64,000 nucleotides of DNA from the IMG/VR virus record IMGVR_UViG_3300046804_006785, one strand, 5' to 3'. Below, piece after piece: positions 7,980 to 18,264 of this stretch. The first letter of the stretch is position 1; the number at the start of each line of letters is the position of its first letter. The translations under genes were made by a program, and so were the position numbers. Source of the stretch: a virus. The notes beneath the pieces are model-generated. The model did no database searches, had not been told where the DNA came from, and saw nothing but the letters and a program-made list of their open reading frames with translations.

Positions 7980-8771
7980 CTACTCATCTTTTATGTAAGA
8001 GATTAAGTCGTTTGAAAACACGACTTGATAATCTATGTCAAACGACAGATATTCCTCACCTTCGTCTTCACCCCAAAAATTTAACTGTGATTTCCAGTAC
8101 CACTTAGAATGGTGATCTAACTTGTAAGCTAATAACTCAGGCGGCTCTTCTTGCATAAGAGCATAAGGAAATGGTGTATCTGTAGTTATTTCATGAGCAA
8201 CGTAACGATTTACTTCCCCCCATGAAAGGGAATAAACATATTTATACTCATTTGAAGTTATAACTTCAAATGAGATATTATCTTTTTTAAACGATTTATT
8301 AATTTTTTCAAGCATATTTTCTCTAACTGGAAATGCTTGAACTACGGACAATTTTTCATTAGTAGCTGAATAGAAATACATATTACGTCTTGTATTAGCT
8401 AAAGACATATAACCTTTAGCTCTAACAAAAACTAAAGGAGAATCGTTTAATTTTTCAGATTCTTGCTGTTGTGCAAGAAAATTATCATTGTCAAATTTTT
8501 CTTCAGCCTCTCTATATTCTCTTTCAATATTAGTTTCCCAATACCCTGTTTGTTTTTCATTCAAAAGACGTTCATACCAAGTGTTGTCCGGTAACACTTC
8601 AGAAGTTACCAATTCTTTTTTAATGTCTTTAATCATTAATTTCGCTTTTTTAAAACCTGTTTTCATATTATTCTTCCTTTTCTTAACTTGCCTCATCAGT
8701 ACCCAAGTGGTAATCTTGGATATACGGGATTGCTCCCGTTTCGGCTTAATCTCTACCACGTTGGTAGTCAT
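7980..8771 (-). CDS. Hypothetical protein
   Basis: 263-aa ORF overlapping the upstream gene. Confidence 0.65.
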   Translation of the reverse strand: MTTNVVEIKPKREQSRISKITTWVLMRQVKKRKNNMKTGFKKAKLMIKDIKKELVTSEVLPDNTWYERLLNEKQTGYWETNIEREYREAEEKFDNDNFLAQQQESEKLNDSPLVFVRAKGYMSLANTRRNMYFYSATNEKLSVVQAFPVRENMLEKINKSFKKDNISFEVITSNEYKYVYSLSWGEVNRYVAHEITTDTPFPYALMQEEPPELLAYKLDHHSKWYWKSQLNFWGEDEGEEYLSFDIDYQVVFSNDLISYIKDE

Positions 8772-9108
8772 TTGAACTACCTAGTGATGGTGTAGACCTT
8801 CCTGACATTCTTGGGTTGTATCTAGCTAAGGCTGAAAGTAGTGAATATAGAAATTCATCAGATTCAGATTGATCTGAGTTTCCTAACTCATTTACTTCAT
8901 AATTCATAGACATATAAAGTGAATCTTCGCCATTTTCTTGAATTTTTGCTTCATGACCTAGTTGTTCTGGTTCAAACCATGTTTTATCAATTGTGCAGTT
9001 ATTCCACTGCACGTTTAATGACAAATATCTTTCATTGCATACTGGATATTTAGTTAAATCAGCAATAACTTGATTAAAGTGTTTAGATGGAATTTGTACT
9101 AATGTCAT
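8746..9108 (-). CDS. Hypothetical protein
   Basis: 120-aa ORF, AAGGAG RBS, promoter TTGACA-17-TATAGT at 9154-9182. Confidence 0.7.
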   Translation of the reverse strand: MTLVQIPSKHFNQVIADLTKYPVCNERYLSLNVQWNNCTIDKTWFEPEQLGHEAKIQENGEDSLYMSMNYEVNELGNSDQSESDEFLYSLLSALARYNPRMSGRSTPSLGSSNDYQRGRD

Positions 9109-9432
9109 AACCTTTGTCTCCTTGTGGTTTTTCTTGTTTACCTTATGTTTATAACTATAACAGCTATTAAAATTAATGTCAAGCGTTTTTTAAAATAAAT
9201 TTTTGACTTCCTTAAAATAGCTGTCAGACACCCAGCACAGATTTAATATATTCGGTAAAATAGCGTCAAGCAATACCCTCTCATGCGAATGAGGAAAAAT
9301 AAGCAAATAAAAAACCACACCTATAGCCAATGTGGTTTTTAATACAGTCTATAATCCTTCCGTCATGATATCAGCAATGTCTTGTGCTATATCTGCTAAG
9401 TCTACTTCGGCAACCTGGTAAGCGATCAAACT

Positions 9433-9834
9433 TTAAAAAATCTTAATTAGTGCCTTTTTAGCGTTTTTAGTATGTTTTGATATTCGCTCCATTATTTGAC
9501 GTGCATCAGTTTGAGGTTCATAACTTTCACACTTAAGATAATTCTTAGGCAAAATTATATACATTAGAGGAAAAGCATATACCATTGCAGGTATATGGTG
9601 AAAGATCGTCTCCTTTCCTAGATGTTCACTGAAATTTGTTTCTACGAACAAGTTAATATCTTCTAAAATATTAAATGTCTGTTTCTTTTCAATTTTTGTT
9701 ATAGATTCGGAAGAGTTTATAAACTCCACAGCGATAACGTCTATTAGGTAGTCTCCTCTGATTATGGAGACATGAGCATTAGTTAAGTTAATGATTTCTT
9801 GATGAAACTCTTTAAGATATTGTTCTATTTTCAT
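9433..9834 (-). CDS. Hypothetical protein
   Basis: 133-aa ORF; promoter-like CTGACA-17-TATATT at 9856-9884. Confidence 0.6.
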   Translation of the reverse strand: MKIEQYLKEFHQEIINLTNAHVSIIRGDYLIDVIAVEFINSSESITKIEKKQTFNILEDINLFVETNFSEHLGKETIFHHIPAMVYAFPLMYIILPKNYLKCESYEPQTDARQIMERISKHTKNAKKALIKIF

Positions 9835-9947
9835 GTTAAGCCTTTGTTTTTTTTAAATATAACAGATATTAAAACTAATGTCAGGTATTCTATAAAGTAA
9901 GTTTAATATATATCTAAATCGCTCACCGGATTGGCAAGCGATCACAC

Positions 9948-10901
9948 CTAAGAATTTTCTAAATATTCCCCTAACTTTGCAAAACAAATTTTGCCCAACC
10001 GTCTTAATGTGCATAACTTAAACTCTTGGTTGGTTGCTTTTGCGATTAAGATAGCACAACAACCAAATAGTTGATAAAACTTGACTTCTGAAATTATTGT
10101 AGCCTCTTCAGGTATCTGTACATTAGCTTTTAGTGCATCTAAAGTTGATTGTCCTGGATATTCTAAAACTGCTAAGATTTCCAGGACTAAATAATCAACC
10201 GCCCAAGCATAAGTAGCTTTATGGCTGCTTTCAAAGTCTAATATAAATGCAGCAACAGAATAATTATGATCCTGAATAGTTGTCTCTGATGTGATTTTAG
10301 GATTAGTTGCTAAAAAGTTTTCAAACTTAGTTATGATCTCATTGTTAATATTAAGTTTGTCTTCTTTAGGTACTGGTAACTTACCACCCCTATTATAAAT
10401 CTCACCATATTTCTCATCTAAGTAATCAGCTATCATAAAAAAACATTCCTCACCTAGTGTGGTAATCATGTTTAATTTAGCTTTTTTGTTGATATCAAAT
10501 TTATGGGAAATGTTACCGTAAATATTCCCATAAATAAAAAATCCGACTACACTGAAAAACTTTTTTAGACTTACTGTAGACTCTAAGATATTTCCAGTGT
10601 AAAGACTCTCACCTGTGATAGCTTCCCACAGTGTGATTTTTTCATGCTTTTGTTGGGTGGCGTGGGGATGACCAAACCATCTAAGTAACTGCTCTAAAAA
10701 GTAAGAACATTCCAGGCGTTGCACTTGTCTATTATCATCAGGAAATGCAAACTTAAATAAATCATACTCAAAATAAGTTGATGATTTGACTCTATAAGTA
10801 TGCCTAATAATTATAAAATTATCACAGGGTTTATGTTTAAGCATACTTTGGATGTGTGCAACGCCTAACTGTAATTCCGCTTTTTCTAAGTTGATGTTCA
10901 T
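9948..10901 (-). CDS. Hypothetical protein
   Basis: 317-aa ORF translationally coupled to the upstream gene. Confidence 0.65.
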   Translation of the reverse strand: MNINLEKAELQLGVAHIQSMLKHKPCDNFIIIRHTYRVKSSTYFEYDLFKFAFPDDNRQVQRLECSYFLEQLLRWFGHPHATQQKHEKITLWEAITGESLYTGNILESTVSLKKFFSVVGFFIYGNIYGNISHKFDINKKAKLNMITTLGEECFFMIADYLDEKYGEIYNRGGKLPVPKEDKLNINNEIITKFENFLATNPKITSETTIQDHNYSVAAFILDFESSHKATYAWAVDYLVLEILAVLEYPGQSTLDALKANVQIPEEATIISEVKFYQLFGCCAILIAKATNQEFKLCTLRRLGKICFAKLGEYLENS

Positions 10902-11446
10902 TATTTTTTCTTAGTAGTTTTTGTTGGTTTTGCAGTCATAGCTAATCTGGCAAATTGAGCCAGCATATAACTTTCAGCTAAGTTATCCGAAGCTTCTTTT
11001 GTTCCATCACGTTTGTTAGTCCAGGCATTATCAGGAATTACTAAACCCATGTTTAGGGCTGTAATAACGGACTTCTTTTTATTGGCATCAAGTCCAAAAG
11101 GTTTTTTCCAAACTTGTACATCAATACTTGCTATTTCTATTGTTGGTTCAGCTTGGATTTGGGCTATTAAATTTAGACAAGATCCGAAAGTCTGTATACC
11201 TTTCGCGCCTTTGTAAGTGTTGTTGGTTGCACTACTTGAACTTCTAACTTTTTCGGCAACCATGATAATTTTAGGAAACTTTCTTAACTCATCCATGACT
11301 GCACAAATGTTAATCATGGAGTTGCCATAATCCTTAAGTTTGATTAGTGGTAACTTAAATAATAATTCTGTGCCACCATCTTTATTTAAAATTACGATCC
11401 AACTATCTTGTACCTGTGAATCAAAGCCACCATAAAATGTGTCCAT
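10901..11446 (-). CDS. RuvC-like Holliday junction resolvase (phage type)
   Basis: N-terminal YGGFD strand, MVAEKV, VQVWKKPFGL, DNLAESYMLA (RuvC-type acidic residues). Confidence 0.65.
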   Translation of the reverse strand: MDTFYGGFDSQVQDSWIVILNKDGGTELLFKLPLIKLKDYGNSMINICAVMDELRKFPKIIMVAEKVRSSSSATNNTYKGAKGIQTFGSCLNLIAQIQAEPTIEIASIDVQVWKKPFGLDANKKKSVITALNMGLVIPDNAWTNKRDGTKEASDNLAESYMLAQFARLAMTAKPTKTTKKK

Positions 11447-11562
11447 GTTGTTTTATATGAAAAGATAAAATAATAGTAGCATTATTATATTGATTGTACA
11501 AATACAAAAAAAAACCGCAAGTATTAAAACTTACGGTTAGAAAGACTAATTGGAAGATTTTG

Positions 11563-12633
11563 TTAAAAAGCGGATGCTAATTGCTTAACGTCAATTGTTG
11601 CGGAGTCTGCTGCTAATAACTGTGGCAGTCTAAAGTTTATGTACTTTTGACCTGCATCAAGGTTGGTGAAAACTCTACCTTTAGGACTGTAGCCATTGGC
11701 TACTTTTTCTATTGCTTCTAAGGTCATTAACGCTTTTCCGCCCATACCTTTGCCAGCAATGGCTAATAGTGGACTTGCACCATCACCCATGTTAATAATA
11801 GCTTTACCAAAGAATGACCCTTTAGAAGCGGTCACGAAATATACGGATTTATCCGTCAAGGATACTGCACGGAATTTCCAGTTTTGGATTCTGGCTTTTT
11901 CTCCCGAATCTTTTTTGGTTATTTCCTTGTCTTCCCATTCTATCTGAGAGATTTCGTAAGCACCCAAGGGTAACTCTTTCAGTTGAGCATATTGGAACGC
12001 TTCACCAACTTTGCCCACGTAAGGTGAAGACACTATAGCTTTATAAAGGTCTTCTAGTTCGCCATTGGAACTATTGAAAATTTCAACAAGCTTTTGCTGC
12101 GCGTTTTCATGATCGCGGCTGTAAGATAAAATGAATGACAACATTTTGCTGTTGTCTTTAGCTCGGACAATCTTAGTTGGGTCTTTTTCGCTGGGTTTAG
12201 CGGAATTAAGGTTAAATGTGAATCCTGCAAAGTGTTTAACGGACTTATCCGCTTGTTGAACCTCAAAGACTGAATCTTCTATAGAACAGCTTACGCTTTC
12301 CATGACTTCATACACAGAAGCTAAATCTAGTTTCCAATCTCCCAAAATGAAATATAGCTGATTGTTTCCATCAGCATCTTTGTCTACTTTAAAGCTAGGA
12401 GAAAGTGCATACTTGACCTGCATCTCCTTATCTAAGGCAAATTTCAGGACTTCTACATCGTCTTGAATTTTGAAAATGTCTGCTAAAGCTACAATACTAG
12501 CTGCACCTAAACCGGGTGCTGTTTTTAAATCAGCTAATTTCAACCCATAAATGCCAGGCTTAAAACTATTGTAATCAAAATTGTCAAAAAGAATAGTGTC
12601 GTAGTCGCGGAATGTTTCAGAAGAGAGTAACAT
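11563..12633 (-). CDS. Hypothetical protein in the DNA metabolism block (own promoter at 12725-12753)
   Basis: 356-aa ORF; TTGACA-17-TATTAT upstream. Confidence 0.65.
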   Translation of the reverse strand: MLLSSETFRDYDTILFDNFDYNSFKPGIYGLKLADLKTAPGLGAASIVALADIFKIQDDVEVLKFALDKEMQVKYALSPSFKVDKDADGNNQLYFILGDWKLDLASVYEVMESVSCSIEDSVFEVQQADKSVKHFAGFTFNLNSAKPSEKDPTKIVRAKDNSKMLSFILSYSRDHENAQQKLVEIFNSSNGELEDLYKAIVSSPYVGKVGEAFQYAQLKELPLGAYEISQIEWEDKEITKKDSGEKARIQNWKFRAVSLTDKSVYFVTASKGSFFGKAIINMGDGASPLLAIAGKGMGGKALMTLEAIEKVANGYSPKGRVFTNLDAGQKYINFRLPQLLAADSATIDVKQLASAF

Positions 12634-12783
12634 AGTTTTTGGCTTTGATTTTAGGAAATGATTAATGATTTGGGAAAAAGGTTTTTGATTTAATATGTGG
12701 ATAATTGTTTTATCCCATATTTTTATAATAGCCGCCTTATTTTATAATGTCAAGTAAAATACTCGACTTTCTATAAAATATTT

Positions 12784-14988
12784 TTAGGCTACTTGACGGA
12801 TTTTGGTGTTCTCTTTCATGTATCTATCGTTAAACTCTATACACAGTATACCAAACTCAGCACTTAGTTCTCTAAATACATCTTTATTAGATCCTTCTTT
12901 TTTGGTATACTTTGACCATAGGAAATGGCGATATTTTAAATAGTTGCCATACGTAGGATTTTCCCCAAAAATTGCGTGTTTTTTCCAATCCTTACCTATT
13001 TCTACATCCTCATACATTTTACGCATCTGCATATATGCCCAGCCTGGAGCATATTCCTTCACTAACACACCAATTTTAAGCAGATTGCGGTAGATATCCC
13101 GTTGACTTAAACCACCACTGCTAGATATCTCTAAGAATTTAATACCCTCGGTTGATTGGTTTTCTGCCATTTCTCGCAGTTTTTTCAATGCACGATCCGC
13201 AGCTTTGATTGTTTCACCATCCCGTAAGAATTTACTGGCTACGCCTTCAAAATGTTGGATCTGGGAATACACTACGTGATTATGTAAATTAAGCGTTTCA
13301 GCTAGTTCTACCAGTTTGTATGTTTGCAGTTGTAGTTTTTCTATGGGTAACGGGTCATTTTTAAATACAAAACCACTGATTGCGCTTTTAAGCGATACTA
13401 AACATCTGTTTAAATCTAATTTTTGGGTTTGATCCTTAATTGGTAATTTATTGCACTGGTCTGTTATTTGTTGATGATGCGCTTGTAACTCTTTTAAAAG
13501 TTCATCATCAATGTTAAAATATCCTTCACTATTCGCCCAAGCTAATAGGCGTTGTGTTAATTCGTCTAATTCCTCTTCTGCTGTTTTTTCCTTAGCTTTT
13601 GGTAATTCCTCGCCACAAATGTAGCAATTTTTCATTGCACGTCCGTTTACTGTTCCGCAATGCTCACAGATTTTGCCATCTTTAGGTGTTGGAATAATAC
13701 ATTTAGGATCTGTTAGATCCCATGTTGTGATCATGTCTGGTAAGGCATCAGCAAAGTACGGATTTGAGCATAAGTCAAATACATTACAATGCGTCTTACC
13801 AGTTTTAGTAGATGGTCTTAAACCACGTCCAAATATTTGTATGAACAGAGCGTACCCTGCCATACTAAATGTTCTTAATAGAACGATATTTTCAACACTT
13901 GGTTCATCGAATCCAATGGCTAGACAGGTGACTGTAAACAGAATTGCTTTCCGTTCTCTAAACTTGCTAAAAGCAGCTACTCTATCCTCTAAAGATGTTT
14001 TGTCACAAACTAGGATAAGCTCTCTATTTATGCCAACTTCTTGCATTTTATCCCTAAAATAATCCATATACTTTAAGGCTATTTTTTGCTTACTAAAAAA
14101 GAAAATAGTCTGCTCATCAAATACAGATTTTATCTGCTTACCACTATCTAAATGTGCAGTCGGATTATGCAAATATTCCCAAGAATCACTAGGACTAAAC
14201 ATTTTATCCAGGATAGCTAATTCTTCAGCCTCACTAAAGTCTGTTGATCTTAATGCTTGTTTCCTTTCTAATACTCCCAACGGATAATAAAAATAAGGAC
14301 AATTAAAACCCGTTTCTATTAATTCCTTAGTCGTCACTACTTGATAGTGTTTGACCCCTTGGGGATATTCTGCACCATCACCTCGCCAAGGTGTCGCTGT
14401 TAGCAATACTTCGTTAGCTTCTTTATTGTGCTTATACTCAGATAGTTTTGATTGTAATTCCCGTCTGAAATAGGACAGATGGGACTCATCAAAAAAGATA
14501 ATCTTAAATGGTAAATCTGGGAATCCTCTAAACTCTATTGTTTGCGCCATAGCTACAACTACCTTGATGTTTGAGTAGTCTTTAGTGGTAGGTTTACCAC
14601 CAGCGTAGTAAGCTATTTCAGATTTAGGAAAATGTTTTAATTTGCAATACTGCTCATATTGTTCTTTAACTGATTGAATGTATGGGTTTTTACCTTCGGG
14701 GTCTTGAGCAATGACCATTTCATACATTTTTTTAGTCCCTTTAAATCCTTTACAGATCAAGGTAGTCACAAATTGATCTAGTAAAGATGTATAAGGAACT
14801 ATGATCAAACTTTTGTAATCATTTTGGTGGAGTAGCCAGCTAATTTGTGCTGCGATCACAGTCTTACCTGCACCGCACCCAGCGATTAAACTTGCTCTTT
14901 TATGTGGTGTTTGTCCCCAAAATACTTCTGAACAATGATCAATAGCTTGATCTTGATAGCCTCTTGTTTGTAGTGTTAATTGTGTCAT
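12784..14988 (-). CDS. SF2 DEAD/DEAH-box helicase with Zn ribbon (RadD/UvsW-like)
   Basis: AGCGAGKT, DESH, TATP, GFDEP, QIFGRGLR, CEHC...CYIC. Confidence 0.9.
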   Translation of the reverse strand: MTQLTLQTRGYQDQAIDHCSEVFWGQTPHKRASLIAGCGAGKTVIAAQISWLLHQNDYKSLIIVPYTSLLDQFVTTLICKGFKGTKKMYEMVIAQDPEGKNPYIQSVKEQYEQYCKLKHFPKSEIAYYAGGKPTTKDYSNIKVVVAMAQTIEFRGFPDLPFKIIFFDESHLSYFRRELQSKLSEYKHNKEANEVLLTATPWRGDGAEYPQGVKHYQVVTTKELIETGFNCPYFYYPLGVLERKQALRSTDFSEAEELAILDKMFSPSDSWEYLHNPTAHLDSGKQIKSVFDEQTIFFFSKQKIALKYMDYFRDKMQEVGINRELILVCDKTSLEDRVAAFSKFRERKAILFTVTCLAIGFDEPSVENIVLLRTFSMAGYALFIQIFGRGLRPSTKTGKTHCNVFDLCSNPYFADALPDMITTWDLTDPKCIIPTPKDGKICEHCGTVNGRAMKNCYICGEELPKAKEKTAEEELDELTQRLLAWANSEGYFNIDDELLKELQAHHQQITDQCNKLPIKDQTQKLDLNRCLVSLKSAISGFVFKNDPLPIEKLQLQTYKLVELAETLNLHNHVVYSQIQHFEGVASKFLRDGETIKAADRALKKLREMAENQSTEGIKFLEISSSGGLSQRDIYRNLLKIGVLVKEYAPGWAYMQMRKMYEDVEIGKDWKKHAIFGENPTYGNYLKYRHFLWSKYTKKEGSNKDVFRELSAEFGILCIEFNDRYMKENTKIRQVA

Positions 14989-15007
14989 TTTATCTTTTTA
15001 TCCTTTA

Positions 15008-15994
15008 TTAGTCTGTACATGAACATGAATCTTGAATTTCAGTAGCTTGTAGTTCTCTTTTATTTGTTGAAAATCTTTCATAGATGGGTATATCACTAAA
15101 TGTCCTATTTAACTCAATCTCTTTCCAATGCCACCAAAAAAACCTAGCTGGGTTTTCTTTAAACTGCTTTTCTAATTCTTCTGCACGGTGAAAAAAACAG
15201 TAGTCGCAATTACTAATTTCCGGAAAACAAAATTCAGGATGTTTTTGCCAATAATCTAAAATATCTTGTTTTACAATCCTATCTGTGTAAAGTGGAAACT
15301 GTTTGAACCGCCAATCAGCAGATTTTAACCATCTATGTTTACCTTTGAAACGTCCCTCAATATCACATCTGTGAGAAAATTCTATAGGTTCACAACCACC
15401 AGAATTAGACCAATCCAATCCTTTAGTTTCTTTACTGTACTTTGCTCCTAAATTTTTAAAAACTCGTTGACTCTCATCAAACCTAAAACCTATATTCATC
15501 TCTACGGGAGTTCTAATAGAGAGAGAGTTATCAGAGTTTAGTACAGGATTTAACAGGTTAAAGTAGCAGTATTCAAATATAGGTTTTAGCTTCATTTCTA
15601 CTGTACAGAACCTAGTTCTTCTATTTGGTAAGGCAGGATAGCTGTCTATTATTTGATCAAAAGTTTTATTAGATGCTACAAATTTTATTTCTTTACCTAA
15701 CTTTTGCTCTAGGAGTAGTACAGATTTTAAAGTATTATCTAACTCTCTAGATGCTACAAAATGTGGTATCCGGTTTTGCATCTCTCTGATTAATCCTTTA
15801 TCTTTGGGAACGGCAAAAGGATCATCGGTAAGAACCACAGCAAATAAGTTTATATCGGTTGGGTAGTGCAAAGCCATATAAGCTGATGTCCTGCCACCAC
15901 TAATACTAGAAACAGTTTGATTTGCTAAACCTTTAGTGTTAGATAGTATTTGATCTGCCTGTTGTTCATTAGTTTGTAATGTTAATTGCGTCAT
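15008..15994 (-). CDS. PAPS reductase-family (PP-loop) protein with Cys clusters
   Basis: SISGGRTSAYM PP-loop, RFCTVEMK, IGFRFDE, SNCDYCF. Confidence 0.8.
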   Translation of the reverse strand: MTQLTLQTNEQQADQILSNTKGLANQTVSSISGGRTSAYMALHYPTDINLFAVVLTDDPFAVPKDKGLIREMQNRIPHFVASRELDNTLKSVLLLEQKLGKEIKFVASNKTFDQIIDSYPALPNRRTRFCTVEMKLKPIFEYCYFNLLNPVLNSDNSLSIRTPVEMNIGFRFDESQRVFKNLGAKYSKETKGLDWSNSGGCEPIEFSHRCDIEGRFKGKHRWLKSADWRFKQFPLYTDRIVKQDILDYWQKHPEFCFPEISNCDYCFFHRAEELEKQFKENPARFFWWHWKEIELNRTFSDIPIYERFSTNKRELQATEIQDSCSCTD

Positions 15995-15995
15995 T

Positions 15996-16271
15996 TTATT
16001 TCATTCCTAAGATTACATAATCTTTATCTAATCCAAACTGACCACCTTCTAAAATGTAGGTGATCTTTGCTGTGTGTGTTCTGCCTGTTGTTAGATAATG
16101 TTTTGTCTGATTAATAGGATCTAACTCAAAATTAATCTCATCAACTTCAATCAAATTAAGCGTGTCGCCTACTTTATAATCACGATCATTCTTACGAAGT
16201 TCAAAAGTTTTATTACCTGCTAATACTTCTATGAAATAGCAAAACCAGGTTTTTAAATTATGTGTTGTCAT
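15996..16271 (-). CDS. DUF3850 / ASCH-PUA domain protein
   Basis: HNLKTW..YF..VLAGNKTFELRKNDRDYKVGDTL. Confidence 0.85.
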   Translation of the reverse strand: MTTHNLKTWFCYFIEVLAGNKTFELRKNDRDYKVGDTLNLIEVDEINFELDPINQTKHYLTTGRTHTAKITYILEGGQFGLDKDYVILGMK

Positions 16272-16510
16272 TAATTACCTCTTAAAATTTCTATTGCTTC
16301 TAACATTGTTATCTTGTCTGCTTTTAATTTGTCCCTAACTTTATTAGCTAGGGATCTATTTGTAGTTGAACCTAAACATTTTCCGTAGTGTTCGCCAGGC
16401 TCAACTACAAAAATATTTATTCTGTTATCGTAGCCTTGGGACTGTGTTGTAACTCTCATTTTAGGTTTTGTGGTAGTCAAACTCATCTTTAATTGCTTCA
16501 TAAATGTCAA
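16271..16510 (-). CDS. Hypothetical protein (start uncertain)
   Basis: Small coupled ORF in operon. Confidence 0.5.
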   Translation of the reverse strand: MTFMKQLKMSLTTTKPKMRVTTQSQGYDNRINIFVVEPGEHYGKCLGSTTNRSLANKVRDKLKADKITMLEAIEILRGN

Positions 16511-16742
16511 AATATTCCTGTGTCGTTAGTTCCCTTTGCAAATTATTTCTACAATCTGAAAAGCATATTGATAAGAAAAACAGAAAAAATTCTTTATTCC
16601 AAACTTTTGTATGATTCAATGATGAAAAACTTGGGACTAGCGTGGTAAGCATCACGAAGTCATAAAAAGACAATTTATTATCTAAATCCAAGTCACTGTT
16701 TAGATAATATTGGTAAATAGGCATAAAAGGATTATCTTGCAT
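16461..16742 (-). CDS. Hypothetical protein
   Basis: 93-aa ORF in operon. Confidence 0.55.
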   Translation of the reverse strand: MQDNPFMPIYQYYLNSDLDLDNKLSFYDFVMLTTLVPSFSSLNHTKVWNKEFFLFFLSICFSDCRNNLQRELTTQEYFDIYEAIKDEFDYHKT

Positions 16743-16757
16743 TGTTTTTTTTCCTAA

Positions 16758-18167
16758 TTAAAAAACGTTGATTCTAAATCTTGCACGACTTACAGCTACA
16801 AAATTCGTTCTAGTCCTATCATCATAGTTAAAATGTTTTGAAATATTAGTCCAATTCTCGTAAGCTGTATCCACTGATTGTCCTTGAGAACCATAACCTG
16901 TAATAGCGTAACAGTACCTTACAGGGTCTATTATTTGCTCAAACTTAGTTAGTCTAGTCAAAGCCTTAAACCACTCAGTTGATCTATAGCCATAAGTTTC
17001 ACTAGCTTCTTTTATAGATCCTTTTAATCTATCCTGCTTATCTTTAAAAGCTATCCTGCAGTCCTTGTCAATTAGATTAATAGAATTTTTTAATCTACTA
17101 TCATCATCAGGATCAGAAACTATAGTTTCCCATATTTTCCACTCTATACCATCATCGTCTTCTCTTATTTGGAACTTTGATGAATGAACAACTAACTGTG
17201 TGGCAGTAGGGTAAATAATCATATCTTTACCTTTACCATCTAATCTTTTAACTGATCCTGTTGTTATTAATAATTCCCCAGGTGTTGCTGATTCATACTC
17301 ACCATAGGGAATAACCAAATTACGGACAATATTATTTATACGATCAACTTCTGGATTAGTCCAACAAACACAACGGGTATAGTCCCATTTTTGAGTTTGT
17401 ATCATCCGATCTACTTGACGGGCAAAACTCTCTATTCCTTCTTTTTGAGAGTAGACAAAATAACCATGACCATAATTATTTTCAGGTACAGATTTAGGAA
17501 ATAAAGTCAATGGATTAAAAGCTTTATCTTTATTTTTTACTGCGGCTAAACTTGCAGATATTACTTTATAGATATAACTATCTTCTGAATATCTTTCAGT
17601 TTTAGTTAGCTCTTTAAAATTATTACCTACCAATGATAATGCGTGAATTGCTTTTTCCCCTACAGGTGCTAGTTGCCATTGATCCATTAGAATCAAAATT
17701 TTAGCTGTGGTTTTGATTTCATCATCTAATGCTTTCCAATTAGATGAGGACACCATTGACCCCTCATCTACAATAACTAGATCATAAGTATGTAATGGTT
17801 TCTCTTTTTCACCATCATTGGAAAACAGATCATCCCCACTAGTTACAAACTGCTGATTACCATTAGCATCTACTATAGGTGCTAAACCTAAAGCACTTGC
17901 AATAGTTTGTATATTGCTTTGTCCATCAAAGGCTTTTTTTAATGTCTTACAAGCAGAGTTCGTTGGAGCTAATACACCAATATTCTTAGCAAGCCTCGCA
18001 CGTTTTATACTTTCTACTGCATACTTAGCCGTGAATGTTTTCCCCGTTCCTGCTGTACCGTAACAGCCAATGTAGCGATTACGTTGATTCATTGCGTTTA
18101 CAATAAACTCTACCATCTCCTCCTGTTGCCAGTTGAGACGGATGCCTTGATCTAATGCAGCTACCAT
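16758..18167 (-). CDS. SF1 helicase, RecD/Dda-like
   Basis: GTAGTGKT, LAPTNSA, IVDEGSM, DQWQLAPV, YAITGYGSQGQS, VAVSRAR. Confidence 0.9.
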   Translation of the reverse strand: MVAALDQGIRLNWQQEEMVEFIVNAMNQRNRYIGCYGTAGTGKTFTAKYAVESIKRARLAKNIGVLAPTNSACKTLKKAFDGQSNIQTIASALGLAPIVDANGNQQFVTSGDDLFSNDGEKEKPLHTYDLVIVDEGSMVSSSNWKALDDEIKTTAKILILMDQWQLAPVGEKAIHALSLVGNNFKELTKTERYSEDSYIYKVISASLAAVKNKDKAFNPLTLFPKSVPENNYGHGYFVYSQKEGIESFARQVDRMIQTQKWDYTRCVCWTNPEVDRINNIVRNLVIPYGEYESATPGELLITTGSVKRLDGKGKDMIIYPTATQLVVHSSKFQIREDDDGIEWKIWETIVSDPDDDSRLKNSINLIDKDCRIAFKDKQDRLKGSIKEASETYGYRSTEWFKALTRLTKFEQIIDPVRYCYAITGYGSQGQSVDTAYENWTNISKHFNYDDRTRTNFVAVSRARFRINVF

Positions 18168-18200
18168 CAGTTTACTCCTAAAATATTTAATCTATTTTAC

Positions 18201-18240
18201 TTGACATTTTATTATAATACTACTATTATTTTAAAGTCAA
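18201..18240. promoter_or_regulatory. Overlapping divergent sigma70 promoters
   Basis: Plus TTGACA(18201)-17-TATTAT; minus TTGACT(18240)-18-TATAAT. Confidence 0.6.
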
Positions 18241-18264
18241 CATCAAACAAGGACATATTTTATC

